From positions 544,001-608,000 of the forward strand of contig CAWGMQ010000003.1 in assembly GCA_963823665.1 (NCBI GenBank): a stretch of 64,000 nucleotides of DNA. Direction: 5' to 3'. Below are positions 1 to 8,892 of this stretch, piece by piece. The notes beneath the pieces are model-generated. The model was given only the letters and a program-made list of their open reading frames with translations, was not told where the DNA came from and ran no database searches. How positions within the stretch are numbered: position 1 is the first letter of the stretch; each line of letters begins with the position of its first letter. The DNA is from an uncultured Planctomycetota bacterium. GTDB lineage: Bacteria > Planctomycetota > Planctomycetia > Isosphaerales > Isosphaeraceae. The position numbers and the translations under genes are program-made.

Positions 1-245
1 TCGGCGTCGAGCCGCGTCATCTGCGGACAGTTCTTATCTGACCGGCACGGTGGGCGCGCCTCAGGACATCCGAAGCGAAGATCCAAGGGCGCGCAGAGAG
101 CCGACCGGCACTCACGACGACTACAACTTGCCGTCGCCCTGACCGGCCTCTCATCCGTGTCAATCAGTGCCATCCGTGGTTAAAAAGTTTGCTTGCCTTG
201 ATTCGCCTGCCTGCCCGCCGAGACTCGATATTTCTGGTTTGAGAT

Positions 246-1001
246 TCACCCCCGCTTCCTCCACAACACCCCCTTCCCATCAATATCCACGATTGGCTCG
301 TTCACTCCGTGGTCCCGCCGATAATCCTCGACGGCCGCCCGGCAGCTCGGCATCGCCCCATAGTCATCCACAATGCAAAACCCCCCACGTGAGAGCCGCG
401 GATAAAACCCGTCAAGCACCTGAATCGTCGATTCATACAAATCCCCATCGAGCCGAAGAACCGCGATCCGCTCAATCGGCGCGCCAGGCACCGTATCCTT
501 GAACCACCCTTTGACCAACCGCACCTGCTCGCCCCACAGGCCCATGCGCCGGAAGTTCTCGACCACCTCTTCGACGCTCACGGCCAACTGTAGAAATCGA
601 TAAAGCTGATCGCCACGATCCTCGGGATACTTGCCCTCATCCGGCGGTGGCAGTCCCTGGAAGGAATCGAAACCCCAGACCTGCCGGGTCTTGTCTTCGT
701 GCGCCGCCAAGACTGCCGCCAGCATGATGCAGGCCCCGCCGCGCCAAATGCCGGTTTCGACAAAATCGCCTGGCACATTCTCGCGCACGACAGTTTCGCA
801 GCATTCCCGCAGCGAGCGCAGTCGAATACGCCCGATCATGGTCATGGCTTGCTGGGGCCAATCCAATCCGCCATCGCGCTTGCGCGGGTCAAACACCGGC
901 TGCGACCACGGGTCAACGGCCCGATCTTGATAGATCGCGTTGATGAGAACTTCTTGCATCAAGTCAAGGTAGCGGCCGACGATTCCGGGCGATTGGCTCA
1001 T
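246..1001 (-). CDS. TylF/MycF/NovP-family (macrocin-type) O-methyltransferase
   Basis: 251 aa ORF with the family motifs AMTMIG..RL, VPGDFVETGIWRGG, DSFQGLP, KGWFKDT, LRLDGDLYEST and IVDDY. Confidence 0.93.
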   Translation of the reverse strand: MSQSPGIVGRYLDLMQEVLINAIYQDRAVDPWSQPVFDPRKRDGGLDWPQQAMTMIGRIRLRSLRECCETVVRENVPGDFVETGIWRGGACIMLAAVLAAHEDKTRQVWGFDSFQGLPPPDEGKYPEDRGDQLYRFLQLAVSVEEVVENFRRMGLWGEQVRLVKGWFKDTVPGAPIERIAVLRLDGDLYESTIQVLDGFYPRLSRGGFCIVDDYGAMPSCRAAVEDYRRDHGVNEPIVDIDGKGVLWRKRG

Positions 1002-1046
1002 CTGTTTGTAATCCCGTTGGTGCCTGCGCTGAACGCTGTTTTGTTG

Positions 1047-1391
1047 TCACGGCTCGCGTTGCTCGCGGCACAGGTAGATGTACGTTGGCTGGCCGCGCTT
1101 GACGGCCGGTCGCAGCTCGCCGGTCACGGTATCGGGCTCGACTACCAGGTAGCGCGTCGGGTTGTCACGGAATCGCTCGGTGGTGCCGTCGGGCTTGGCC
1201 AGGACGTAGACGCCCGCGGCCGCGTCGTGCGTGAAGCTGAATTGCCGGGGTTCCTCTCCGATCTCGTAGGTGTAGGTCGTGACCCCTTCACCTCCGTCAT
1301 CGCAGGTGTACCAGAACATGTGTCTCTCCGGCCGGCCAGTCTCAGCGGCGGCGTGTGGCGGCCGGTCGCTGTCAGGGGAATCAGAATTCAT
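1047..1391 (-). CDS. Hypothetical protein (~114 aa)
   Basis: ATG at 1391 preceded by GGAGG; GC3-rich codon usage; co-oriented just upstream of the methyltransferase; no family recognised. Confidence 0.6.
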   Translation of the reverse strand: MNSDSPDSDRPPHAAAETGRPERHMFWYTCDDGGEGVTTYTYEIGEEPRQFSFTHDAAAGVYVLAKPDGTTERFRDNPTRYLVVEPDTVTGELRPAVKRGQPTYIYLCREQREP

Positions 1392-1982
1392 GGTTGTTCC
1401 TCCAAAGGGAATGGGCAATTCGAACTCCGCTGCGACTTTATCTGCGTCAATCGGCGTCCTCTGCGGACAAGTCTGCTCCATTCGATCGCGTTGTGACGGC
1501 ATGCGCAGTCCGCCGCGATGACACCAGGCCTCTCCGACAGCCCGACCGGGAGTTTCGGCGACGGTGCCCCGAGCAAGCTCCCTCACAACCTTCCTATTCG
1601 TGTGATTCGTGTGATTCGTGGTTCAAAGTCTTGCTCCGCTTTCAGCGCTCTTCTGCGGCGATCAGCGTCATCTGCGGACAGCTTTTCCTGACCGACCCTT
1701 CCGTCCCATGCCGTGCGTGCTCAATGGTCCCGTAACGACATCCTTGAACCACGAAACACACGAACTACACGAAAGCAGAGGGAGTGGCATGAGTTAGAAT
1801 TGGCAATCACCTATTCGGACAAGAAACCTGCATCCGGACCGATTCGCGACCCAGGATTTGCAGATGCCTGACGCACTTCCTCTTCGTGTGTTTCGTCTTT
1901 TTCGTGGTTAAGAATCCCCTTCTGACTCAAGCCCCTTCTTATCTGCGTCATTCGGTGTCCTCTGCGGACAAGTCTGCTCCAT

Positions 1983-2178
1983 CTACGGGAAGACAATCGG
2001 CCGGTCGTGCTCAATCGCCACCGCACAAAGTTCCAACAGGCATTCAAACAGGTTCGCGCCGTTCGCGTCTCGGAAGCAATCGTAGAGCGACCCGGCCCAC
2101 GACATAACATTCAGCCAGCTCCTCCGGCTCCGTAGTATCGCCTAAATCCGACGCAAACACGTAGAGGCAATAACCCAT
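1983..2178 (-). pseudogene. Internally deleted remnant of an Imm70-like (polymorphic-toxin immunity) gene
   Basis: AAGGAG RBS and ATG at 2178 give MGYCLYVFASDLGDTTEPEELAECYV. After a frame change near 2093 the sequence reads GSLYDCFRDANGANLFECLLELCAVAIEHDRPIVFP* (stop 1983-1985). Both ends resemble Imm70-type proteins as I recall them, with the middle missing. Confidence 0.5.
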
Positions 2179-2559
2179 TGCAGTTCTCCTTTCGCGAATA
2201 AGCGCCCGAGATCACCAAGCGATAAGTACGGACGCTTGGTTATTCGGTTGACGAACGATGCTCACAACTCCGGGAGCTCCCCGTTGGCATCAATGTGGGA
2301 GTGAGGGGGGAGTGAGACTGGCCTGTTGAAAACTTGCAGTATGCGGAGCGGAGATTTCCCGCCGCGAATGTTGCGCCAACTTTCCCCCCCTTTAGAAGGG
2401 AGGCCAGGGGGGGTCCGTCCCGGCGGCCGCGATCAGAAAACCGTCGCGCAACAGAACCGCGCCAGCGGAGGGAACGCCGCTGGCCGGCCTTCGAATCCAA
2501 TCGAATTCCGCGCCTGCCGCTACGACTGGGCTTCGCGAGAGAGCGAGCAAGCCGGTCAC

Positions 2560-3021
2560 TCACAGAGACGCAACTCCGCCGCCTTGCCCTGAAACATGCG
2601 TCGTGAGCAACGCGGCGCAGCGCGCACAAGCGAGCTCGCTCGACCTGCCGCTTGCAAGAACAAATGCGACCGAAGTCGCGCACCGTGTGCACCCAATTCG
2701 ATCGATCCACACCCAGCCGGTCCAGGATGGGAGCCAAGTCGTCAGGGATTGCCCCGCACTTGTCTCGCCTCCCCGGCCCGTCCAATCGAATGGTCACGTT
2801 GCGGAAAGAGCTTGCGCCAGCGCAGTGCGACTTCAGCGTCGGACCATTGCTCGACTCTGTCGGATCGATTGCGGAGCACGAGATGCAGATGGTTGCTCAT
2901 AATTGCATAACAGCACGCCTCGATTCCGAAGAGTTGGGCGAGGTGGCGTAGCCGATCGGTAATCCACGCCGTACTGTGAGAGTAATCACGACCGGAGTAG
3001 GAGTCGGTTCCGCAAAGGAAT
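2560..3021 (-). mobile_element. RAYT-type HUH/Y1 transposase remnant 1 (5' truncated, centre deleted, frameshifted)
   Basis: Reads FLCGTDSYSGRDYSH...YAIMSNHLHLVLRN...RWRKLFPQRD, then jumps near 2793 to the C-terminal APILDRLGVDRSNWVHTVRDFGR. Segment 2793-3013 is a diverged direct repeat of 4264-4485. Confidence 0.85.
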
Positions 3022-3059
3022 CGCGGATGATCCTGATCAGCGGCGTTCTGGGGGGAGAT

Positions 3060-3572
3060 TTAGCGATTCGCCAGCTCCTTCCACGCCCACAGGCAGGCCA
3101 GGAAGAAGCGTTTTTCGTTGGACGATGCCAGTTGCCCGAAGGCGTGGATTCGCCGCTCTACTTCTTTGATCAAGGACAGCACATCCGATCGCTTGAATCG
3201 TTCCGTCAGGTCGTAGTCCGCGCGGTGGCGCCATTCTTGTAGATCGACAAACGTCTCGGCCAGTTCCCGGATTTCCGCGGGGATGGCGAAGCCCGCTGGC
3301 AGCCCTTTCGCGACGCCTTTCTTGAGTGTCCCACCGCCGAAAGACTTGCAGGCCTCCTTCATCACAGTGTGGGCGAAGGCCCGTCCCAGAACCTGACGGA
3401 ACGGTGCCTGGTTATGCTGTGCCCCGACCTGGATTCGGCAGGCCTCGTCGACTAGCATATGGAAAAGGGCGTAATAGGCCGCCGAGATCGCACGACGTAG
3501 GTTGGCCTGCTTCGGCTTCTTGGCATCGAGCTCCGCCAGGCGGACGGCTTGTTCCAGAAGATCCTTGTACAC
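3060..3572 (-). CDS. HEPN-domain protein (putative toxin of an MNT-HEPN module)
   Basis: 170 aa; N-terminal LRRAISAAYYALFH helix and C-terminal RHRADYD (Rx4Y) motif typical of HEPN proteins; starts 3 bp after the upstream gene's stop. Confidence 0.8.
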   Translation of the reverse strand: MYKDLLEQAVRLAELDAKKPKQANLRRAISAAYYALFHMLVDEACRIQVGAQHNQAPFRQVLGRAFAHTVMKEACKSFGGGTLKKGVAKGLPAGFAIPAEIRELAETFVDLQEWRHRADYDLTERFKRSDVLSLIKEVERRIHAFGQLASSNEKRFFLACLWAWKELANR

Positions 3573-3575
3573 GGC

Positions 3576-3887
3576 TCATTTCTCGTCGTCGTCCTCTTCG
3601 AGCTCGCTCGGCTTGGCGATCTGGATGTAAGGCCAGAGCTCGACGCCCAGCTCGCGAATCCGGCGGCGAACGGCGCTCTTAAGGTCGGTGATTTCCTGAC
3701 CGCTCAATTTCTCGACCTCGACATCCTCGTCGATGACAATCGTCACCCGCAGCGCATCCTCTCCGTCCGAGTCGACGTAGTCCTCGACGCGGATGTCGAC
3801 GACCTTGGGATCCCGCGGCAACTTCGATTTCACCTTGCCGAGCTTCAAGGCGTCCTGGACCTTTTGGATCATCTGATCGACGGCCAT
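3576..3887 (-). CDS. Small acidic protein, putative degenerate minimal nucleotidyltransferase-fold antitoxin
   Basis: 103 aa from ATG 3887 with a GGAGGAG RBS; DYVDSDGEDALRVTIVID...WPYI pattern; position directly upstream of HEPN matches MNT-HEPN operons. The canonical GS-x10-DxD motif is not evident. Confidence 0.6.
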   Translation of the reverse strand: MAVDQMIQKVQDALKLGKVKSKLPRDPKVVDIRVEDYVDSDGEDALRVTIVIDEDVEVEKLSGQEITDLKSAVRRRIRELGVELWPYIQIAKPSELEEDDDEK

Positions 3888-4020
3888 GGTATCTCCTCCG
3901 CGCAAAGCCGGGCTGCTGGGAACGCGACCGGGTTTCACCACAGCCATCCTACCAGATTCCTGGCCCCGCTCGCTCGTTCGGTGTCCCCGGGGAATCCGTC
4001 TTCATATCGCCCGGTGCTTC

Positions 4021-4575
4021 ATAGACGCTGCATGCCAAGAGCGCTGCCTCATCGAGAAGCGGCTGAGATTTGAACCGACCGGCCCAGAATCTTCCCGCCG
4101 AGCGGTCCTCCCGATTGGCCGCCCGGGCGACCCATTCACACAAGCACCTCATGAACCACGACAGACTCGACAGCCGGCCGCGCAGGATCGCCAGCCGGTC
4201 AGCGTCGGCCGTGAGCATCGCCAGGTCGACGTCATCGGGCTCTGCTGGCTCGCCGGTAACATCGTCACGTTGCGGAAAGAGCTTGCGCCAGCGCAGCGCG
4301 ACTTCAGCGTCGGACCATTGCTCGACGCTGTCGGGTCGATTGCGGAGAACGAGATGCAGGTGGTTGCTCATAATGGCATAACCGCACACCTCGACGCCGA
4401 ACAGCCCGGCGAGAGCGCGTAGCCGATCGAGAATCCAGGCCTTACGGTGAGAGTAATCACGACCGGAGTACGAGTCGGTGCCGCACAGGAAAGCTCTTCG
4501 GACGCACCGAGCAATGCAGTGATAAACGCCCACGCACTCTTCGTGGACGATGTAGCGGCGAGCAGAGGCCGGCAC
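4021..4575 (-). mobile_element. RAYT-type HUH/Y1 transposase remnant 2 (3' truncated)
   Basis: GVYHCIARCVRRAFLCG, YAIMSNHLHLV (HUH), LSSLSWFMRCL, ARAANRED..GRFWAGRFKSQPLLDEAALLACSVY. Homology stops right at the Tyr where YVDLNP is expected, and the ORF runs on in unrelated sequence to 3949. Confidence 0.9.
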
Positions 4576-4778
4576 GTAAGGCTCCATCACCAGGCAGGTG
4601 CAGCACGTTAGCGAGAGTATTCACGAGATCAGTAATGGACAAAAATACCAGTAGCGGCGCGGGTGTCAAGAGTGTTGAGAAAAAAATCGACAGCGAAGAC
4701 GATTTGCTCGGAGCTAACCCGGAGTTGCCACTACCACCGCCGCAGATGCTTCGGGACGAGCCCGGTGGCATCTGCACC

Positions 4779-4954
4779 GGGATGCCAGCTTCACATGAGA
4801 TCGGTGGGTGTCTGCGATCATGAGATCGGTGGGTGTCTGCGATCATGAGATCGGTGGGTGTCTGCGATCATCGCCGCGGCTACCGGGCGACGCGCCTGGT
4901 GCCAACATTTGGACGAGGGATGCCATCTCCACATCAGATCGGTGGGTGTCTGCG
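4779..4954 (+). repeat. Three exact tandem 25-bp units (CATGAGATCGGTGGGTGTCTGCGAT) plus a fourth spaced copy
   Basis: Units start at 4794, 4819 and 4844. Segments 4779-4816 and 4917-4954 form a 38-bp direct repeat with 3 mismatches. Confidence 0.95.
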
Positions 4955-5246
4955 TCCCTTCTGCGTCCCTCATTTGTCGTTCAACTCGGTGATGCAGCAT
5001 GATTCGCGGTGAAACCAACTGACAAAACCGGATGGAAACCTGGTTACAATCCTTTCGGCGGCGAAGACGGTGATTTCGCGCAGATACACGGCGTGAACCT
5101 CATTTTGAGCGCTTGTGGAGATCGCTGCTCATGATACCGCCTGTTCGGGGGCTAGCGTCAGATTCCGGCACCCGGTCCGATCGGACTCAAGCCGGTGAAC
5201 TTCGACAATACTACGTCCGTTCACTCGAACGCGTGGGTACCTCCAA

Positions 5247-6269
5247 ATGAAAATCGACACGACCACCATCACTTACCTTCGAGGGGGCGGTTTATCTCCC
5301 TACAGTTACGTTGGTGCTCTTCTCGCGACTCGACTCGGACGATACGGAAAGGCAATCACCAGCGTTGAACTTTATCCTTGGCTTCCTCTGCCAGCGGGAA
5401 GCGAACCTGTCGGTGACGGCTATTTCGACAAATGGCAAAGTGCCTTGGAAAAATTTCCGTTCGTCAACTTTGTCCGCAAACAGAAGCGGATCGAGATCGC
5501 ATTTCGAAGCAATCACTTTAACGCTGCCGACATGGCCAATTGGGGGATCACAGCCGAGAAAATTCGACTGGCACGTGAAGAGATTGCTGGAGCGCTTCAA
5601 CTTGTTCGCAAACGAGTCAAATCGACAGACGATTTCGACGTTGACCGATTCCTATCTGATGTGACACTCGCCTTGCAGATTCCTATTGGCTCAATGAAGG
5701 AATGGAACAGGTTACTCAAGGCAAACGCGGAGAAAGACAGGGCCGAATACGCTGCCATGAGTCCTTGGGATCAGCTTGATATCGACTGGACCGAATTCCA
5801 TCCGAAGGCGAGAGAAGTTCTCGACGACCCGTTCTTTTGGGATTGCATCGACGAAATCGCACCGCACGGCAACGACACTGGTGCCGATCTGTTGGAAGAT
5901 TTTCAGAAGTGGAACAAACGAAACTCTCAGAAGTCTCCGTTGATCTTCCTCGAGAATCTGTTCAGCAAATGGGATATCGAGCCGATTGATTGGCATCTGG
6001 CTAAGAGAAATGCAGTTCTCAAAGTCGAATCGGATCGACCAATCGAACTGGCCCTCTGTAACGAAGCTGCAATCGCACTGGCATTTGCAGTTCTCAAGCA
6101 GCGGGCGAATTGTCCCGCCGATGTTGCTCTTCTGGCGATGTGCGCGTTCGAGCGAAGCTCGATTCTGGCGAAGGCACGTAAACTACCCAAGGAAATCAAG
6201 TCGAAGATTTATACTGCAATAACCAGAATGAAGTCGAAGCTGAAATCACTGGCTTATGAAGAAATGTGA
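5247..6269 (+). CDS. Hypothetical protein with a YfeS/MolR-like C-terminal region
   Basis: 340 aa, visibly lower GC than its flanks; HPKAREVLDDPFFWDCIDEIAPHGNDTGADLL resembles the YfeS-type motif; N-terminal half not recognised. Confidence 0.6.
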   Translation: MKIDTTTITYLRGGGLSPYSYVGALLATRLGRYGKAITSVELYPWLPLPAGSEPVGDGYFDKWQSALEKFPFVNFVRKQKRIEIAFRSNHFNAADMANWGITAEKIRLAREEIAGALQLVRKRVKSTDDFDVDRFLSDVTLALQIPIGSMKEWNRLLKANAEKDRAEYAAMSPWDQLDIDWTEFHPKAREVLDDPFFWDCIDEIAPHGNDTGADLLEDFQKWNKRNSQKSPLIFLENLFSKWDIEPIDWHLAKRNAVLKVESDRPIELALCNEAAIALAFAVLKQRANCPADVALLAMCAFERSSILAKARKLPKEIKSKIYTAITRMKSKLKSLAYEEM

Positions 6270-6618
6270 AAGACTGATGCTCGGGAGTTTGGGAACCCGG
6301 ACACCCACCCTCGGGACTCGACAGTCGCGCCTGGGGAAAGTCAGGCACTGCTGACTCGCACCAGTTCCCGCCCCGCGACTGCGGGGCGCCTCGCGTCCGA
6401 CGCTGCGCACAGCAGGCGCTGCGCCACGCACGGTCAGCAACCGGGTGCGCTCGGCTACGTCGCCGGCGCTTGCACGCGCCGGTTGCTTCGAACCCCTCGA
6501 TATTGGATGGCGCTGCTTCGTCGCTTGCCGCGCCGGCGAAAGAGAGTGCCGCGGGCCGGCCTCAAATCCGAATTCCGCGTACGCGGCTGCGACCAGCGCT
6601 CGCGAGCGAGCCGTTCAC

Positions 6619-6760
6619 TTACAGAAACGCGACTTGCGCGGCCGCCTTCGCCTGAAACCACCGAAGCGAGCAACCCGGTGCAGCGCGCACAAGCGGACTC
6701 GCTCGACCTGCCGCTCGCTTGAACATGCGCCCGAAATCGCGCACCGTGTGCACCGATTCG
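6619..6760 (-). mobile_element. RAYT-type transposase remnant 3 (C-terminal tail only)
   Basis: SVHTVRDFGRMFKRAAGRASPL...RWFQAKAAAQVAFL* matches the tail of remnant 1. The downstream non-coding DNA at ~6527-6618 also aligns with ~2455-2559. Confidence 0.8.
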
Positions 6761-7400
6761 AAAGCCGATACAATTCGCGCGAGTCGACTTCCTCGTGGAT
6801 CGAATTCAACTTTCGAGCGGACTTCTTGTTTGCGTTCTGAAGCTTGGAGGGCATCGTGTTGAATATTCGCGCCAAGCTGCCGCTCCATTGTCACGAGAAG
6901 AGGATGAGTTCGACATCATTCTTCTGGAGTTCGGCCTGAAGTCGCAGTATGTTCTCAAGAACTTCCTTCGTGTCGCGTCCGAAGAAGCGAGAGGTCACGG
7001 AGCGAACCAGGCATGCACGACGGACCGAAGGCGGCGACTTCTCTATTGGATCAAGTATTCGATCGAGTTGAGCAGGGTGGTCTGCAACGCGGTCGTTTCG
7101 CAAATGAGGATGCGCGCGACGGCTCACATTTCCGACACGAGGCTGGGGAATGCGCGCCACGCGTATCACCACCGTAGGCACGTAATCCGTTCCCAGAGTT
7201 TTCTCGGCACACCTGAATTCGACCGCGATGCTCCTGTCACTCAGTTTATCGGTCGCCACCGCCGAACAGACCTTGATGCTGGGTGTTAGTTGTGCGAGCG
7301 ATCGCTTCAAGTAGGCCGCAATCGGCAGGACTCCCTGCAGGAAAGGGGGCTCGGGCTCCTGGCTGAGTTCGAAGTATTCTTCATCAAAGGATGCATATGG
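6761..7400 (-). other. Probable degraded or frameshifted hypothetical coding region abutting RAYT remnant 3
   Basis: Protein-like minus-strand stretches (FDEEYFELSQEPEPPFLQGVLPIAAYLKRSL; FFGRDTKEVLENILRLQAELQKNDVELILF), but no clear start or family. Confidence 0.3.
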
Positions 7401-7549
7401 AGTTTGCCAGCCCTCTCTGGGCGCGGTGACACGCCCGCCAGTGCGTGGTTCAGACGGGACGCACGTCCTCCAGCCTCGGGCGCGAGCCCGATCCTCGGAG
7501 GCGGTCACACTGATGTGCGACGCACACATTTCCCATCCGTACCAAGGTC

Positions 7550-8778
7550 TCACGACTCGGGCTGCTTCTCTTCCTCGTCGGAGCTCGGCTCGGTGCTGCG
7601 TGGGCGTTTGCGGGGGGTCGACTTCGTTTCGCTCGACTGTGATGGGGGCGCGTCGTCATCGACTCGCGAGGGAGGCGGTGACTTGCCCCGGCTGACCGTC
7701 TCCGCGTCCAGGAAAACCAGCACCTCGGTACCCGTGGGATAGGTGCCGGGGATCGGCAGGTTGAACCAGCCGTTCTTGTTGGAGAGGACGCCGGGATGAA
7801 TGCCCGCCGAGATGACGAGCGTCTGGCCCAGCCGCCAGTTCTTCACGGTCTGCTCGAGGCGGGTCTGCGTGGCTTCGGGAACGTCAACGGCCATTTCGCT
7901 GGGCCCTGCGTCGCGCGGCGTGATCACTCGCGTGCGATGGAACGACCGCACGGTGTTCACCGTCAGGTCGATCATGGCGTCGGTCGTGTCGCCGTCGTAA
8001 TTGAGGAGCGGGCTGAGCTTCAAAATGATGCTCTCCTCGATCTTGTCCGCTCGGGCCTGGAATCCGGCTCCGGGGCCGCCTTCACGCTGCAGGCCGCTGG
8101 CGAATGCGCGCGGCTCGGACGTCTTGATCGTCAGAGTCTGGCCGTTGACCATTTCCACCCGCTGGTCTGCCAGTTTGCGGAACCCCTGTTGCACTTGCAT
8201 TTGCGAGAGCACGAGCGCCGCGTCGTCGACCCGCATGGTCCAGATCTGCTGACCCTGGGGACCGTTACCCACGAAAGTCAGGCGATTGAAGACCGAATAA
8301 CGCCAGCGCGTATCGACGGCAGCAACAAACTGGACGTGAATCGAGAGCACATCAGCGACGGCGTTGATGAAGCTGTCGACGACCTCGTCAACTTGCTTGA
8401 GCACGTCGGGCGAATTGTACGCGCGGAGCTCGGTCCGGGAGGCGGAGAGCACCGCAATCTTATCACCATGCCACTCCGCCAGGCCGGTTCGCTTGAAAAT
8501 CCAGTCGATGATGGCTTTCTGGGGATTGGTCTGGTTGCTGGCGACGCGCGTGTACCGAGCGATCGGATACCGCTTCCACTGGAAGCCCGGCTCCGGCGGG
8601 AACGGGGCCGGCGCCTCGTCACCGGCGGCCGGCTGATCGTCGCGGTCGTCCTCGCGAGACACCGGCGAGAACGACTTGTCCCGGGTCTTGGACGATTTGC
8701 GACCAGCCGTCTGCGCCCAAAGGCGCCAGGGGCGAGGCTTCCAAGCATCGACAGCATCAAGGCTGTGCGGCGATTCAT
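7550..8778 (-). CDS. Exported planctomycete protein with a secretin/NolW-like region; one frameshift near 8720
   Basis: AAGGAGG RBS and ATG 8778 give the twin-Arg-like leader MNRRTALMLSMLGSLAPGA. Adding one base joins it to the 370 aa ORF (...AQTAGRKSSK...LRAYNSPDVLKQVDEVVDSF...VEMVNGQT...WRLGQTLVISAG). Confidence 0.65.
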
Positions 8779-8892
8779 GCCAGGTGGCCTCCTTGCAGCC
8801 CTGGCGGGCATCCGATCATCCTGTTTTCGGGGTGTCGAGACTGGGGAGTCATAACAGAGGATGCAATCTGACTCAAGGCCAATCGGCGAGAC

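Larger units (their letters stand above)
1..1982. repeat. Cluster of about eight dispersed three-box repeats (three tandem 9-10 bp units ending in TC(T/C)G(C/T)GG or TTCGTGG)
   Basis: Copies read directly at ~1-30 (gcgtcatctgcggacag), 153-181 (atccgtgtcaatcagtgccatccgtggtt), 1438-1469, 1596-1623 (attcgtgtgattcgtgtgattcgtggtt), 1641-1681, 1746-1774 (inverted, gaaccacgaaacacacgaactacacgaaa), 1883-1909 and 1939-1970. All lie outside the credible CDSs. Confidence 0.85.

Noticed and set aside
1..1982. Three-box repeat cluster as a CRISPR array or integron attC array
   Set aside because: Spacing is irregular, copies differ in sequence and orientation, I could not find RYYYAAC/GTTRRRY attC ends, and there is no integrase or cas gene.
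2793..4485. Composite transposon formed by two intact IS copies around the HEPN module
   Set aside because: Both transposase copies are truncated and diverged, and no terminal inverted repeats or target duplication are visible; treated instead as a remnant mosaic.
4794..4954. 25-bp repeats as a CRISPR array
   Set aside because: The three copies are head-to-tail with no spacers, and no cas genes are present in the window.
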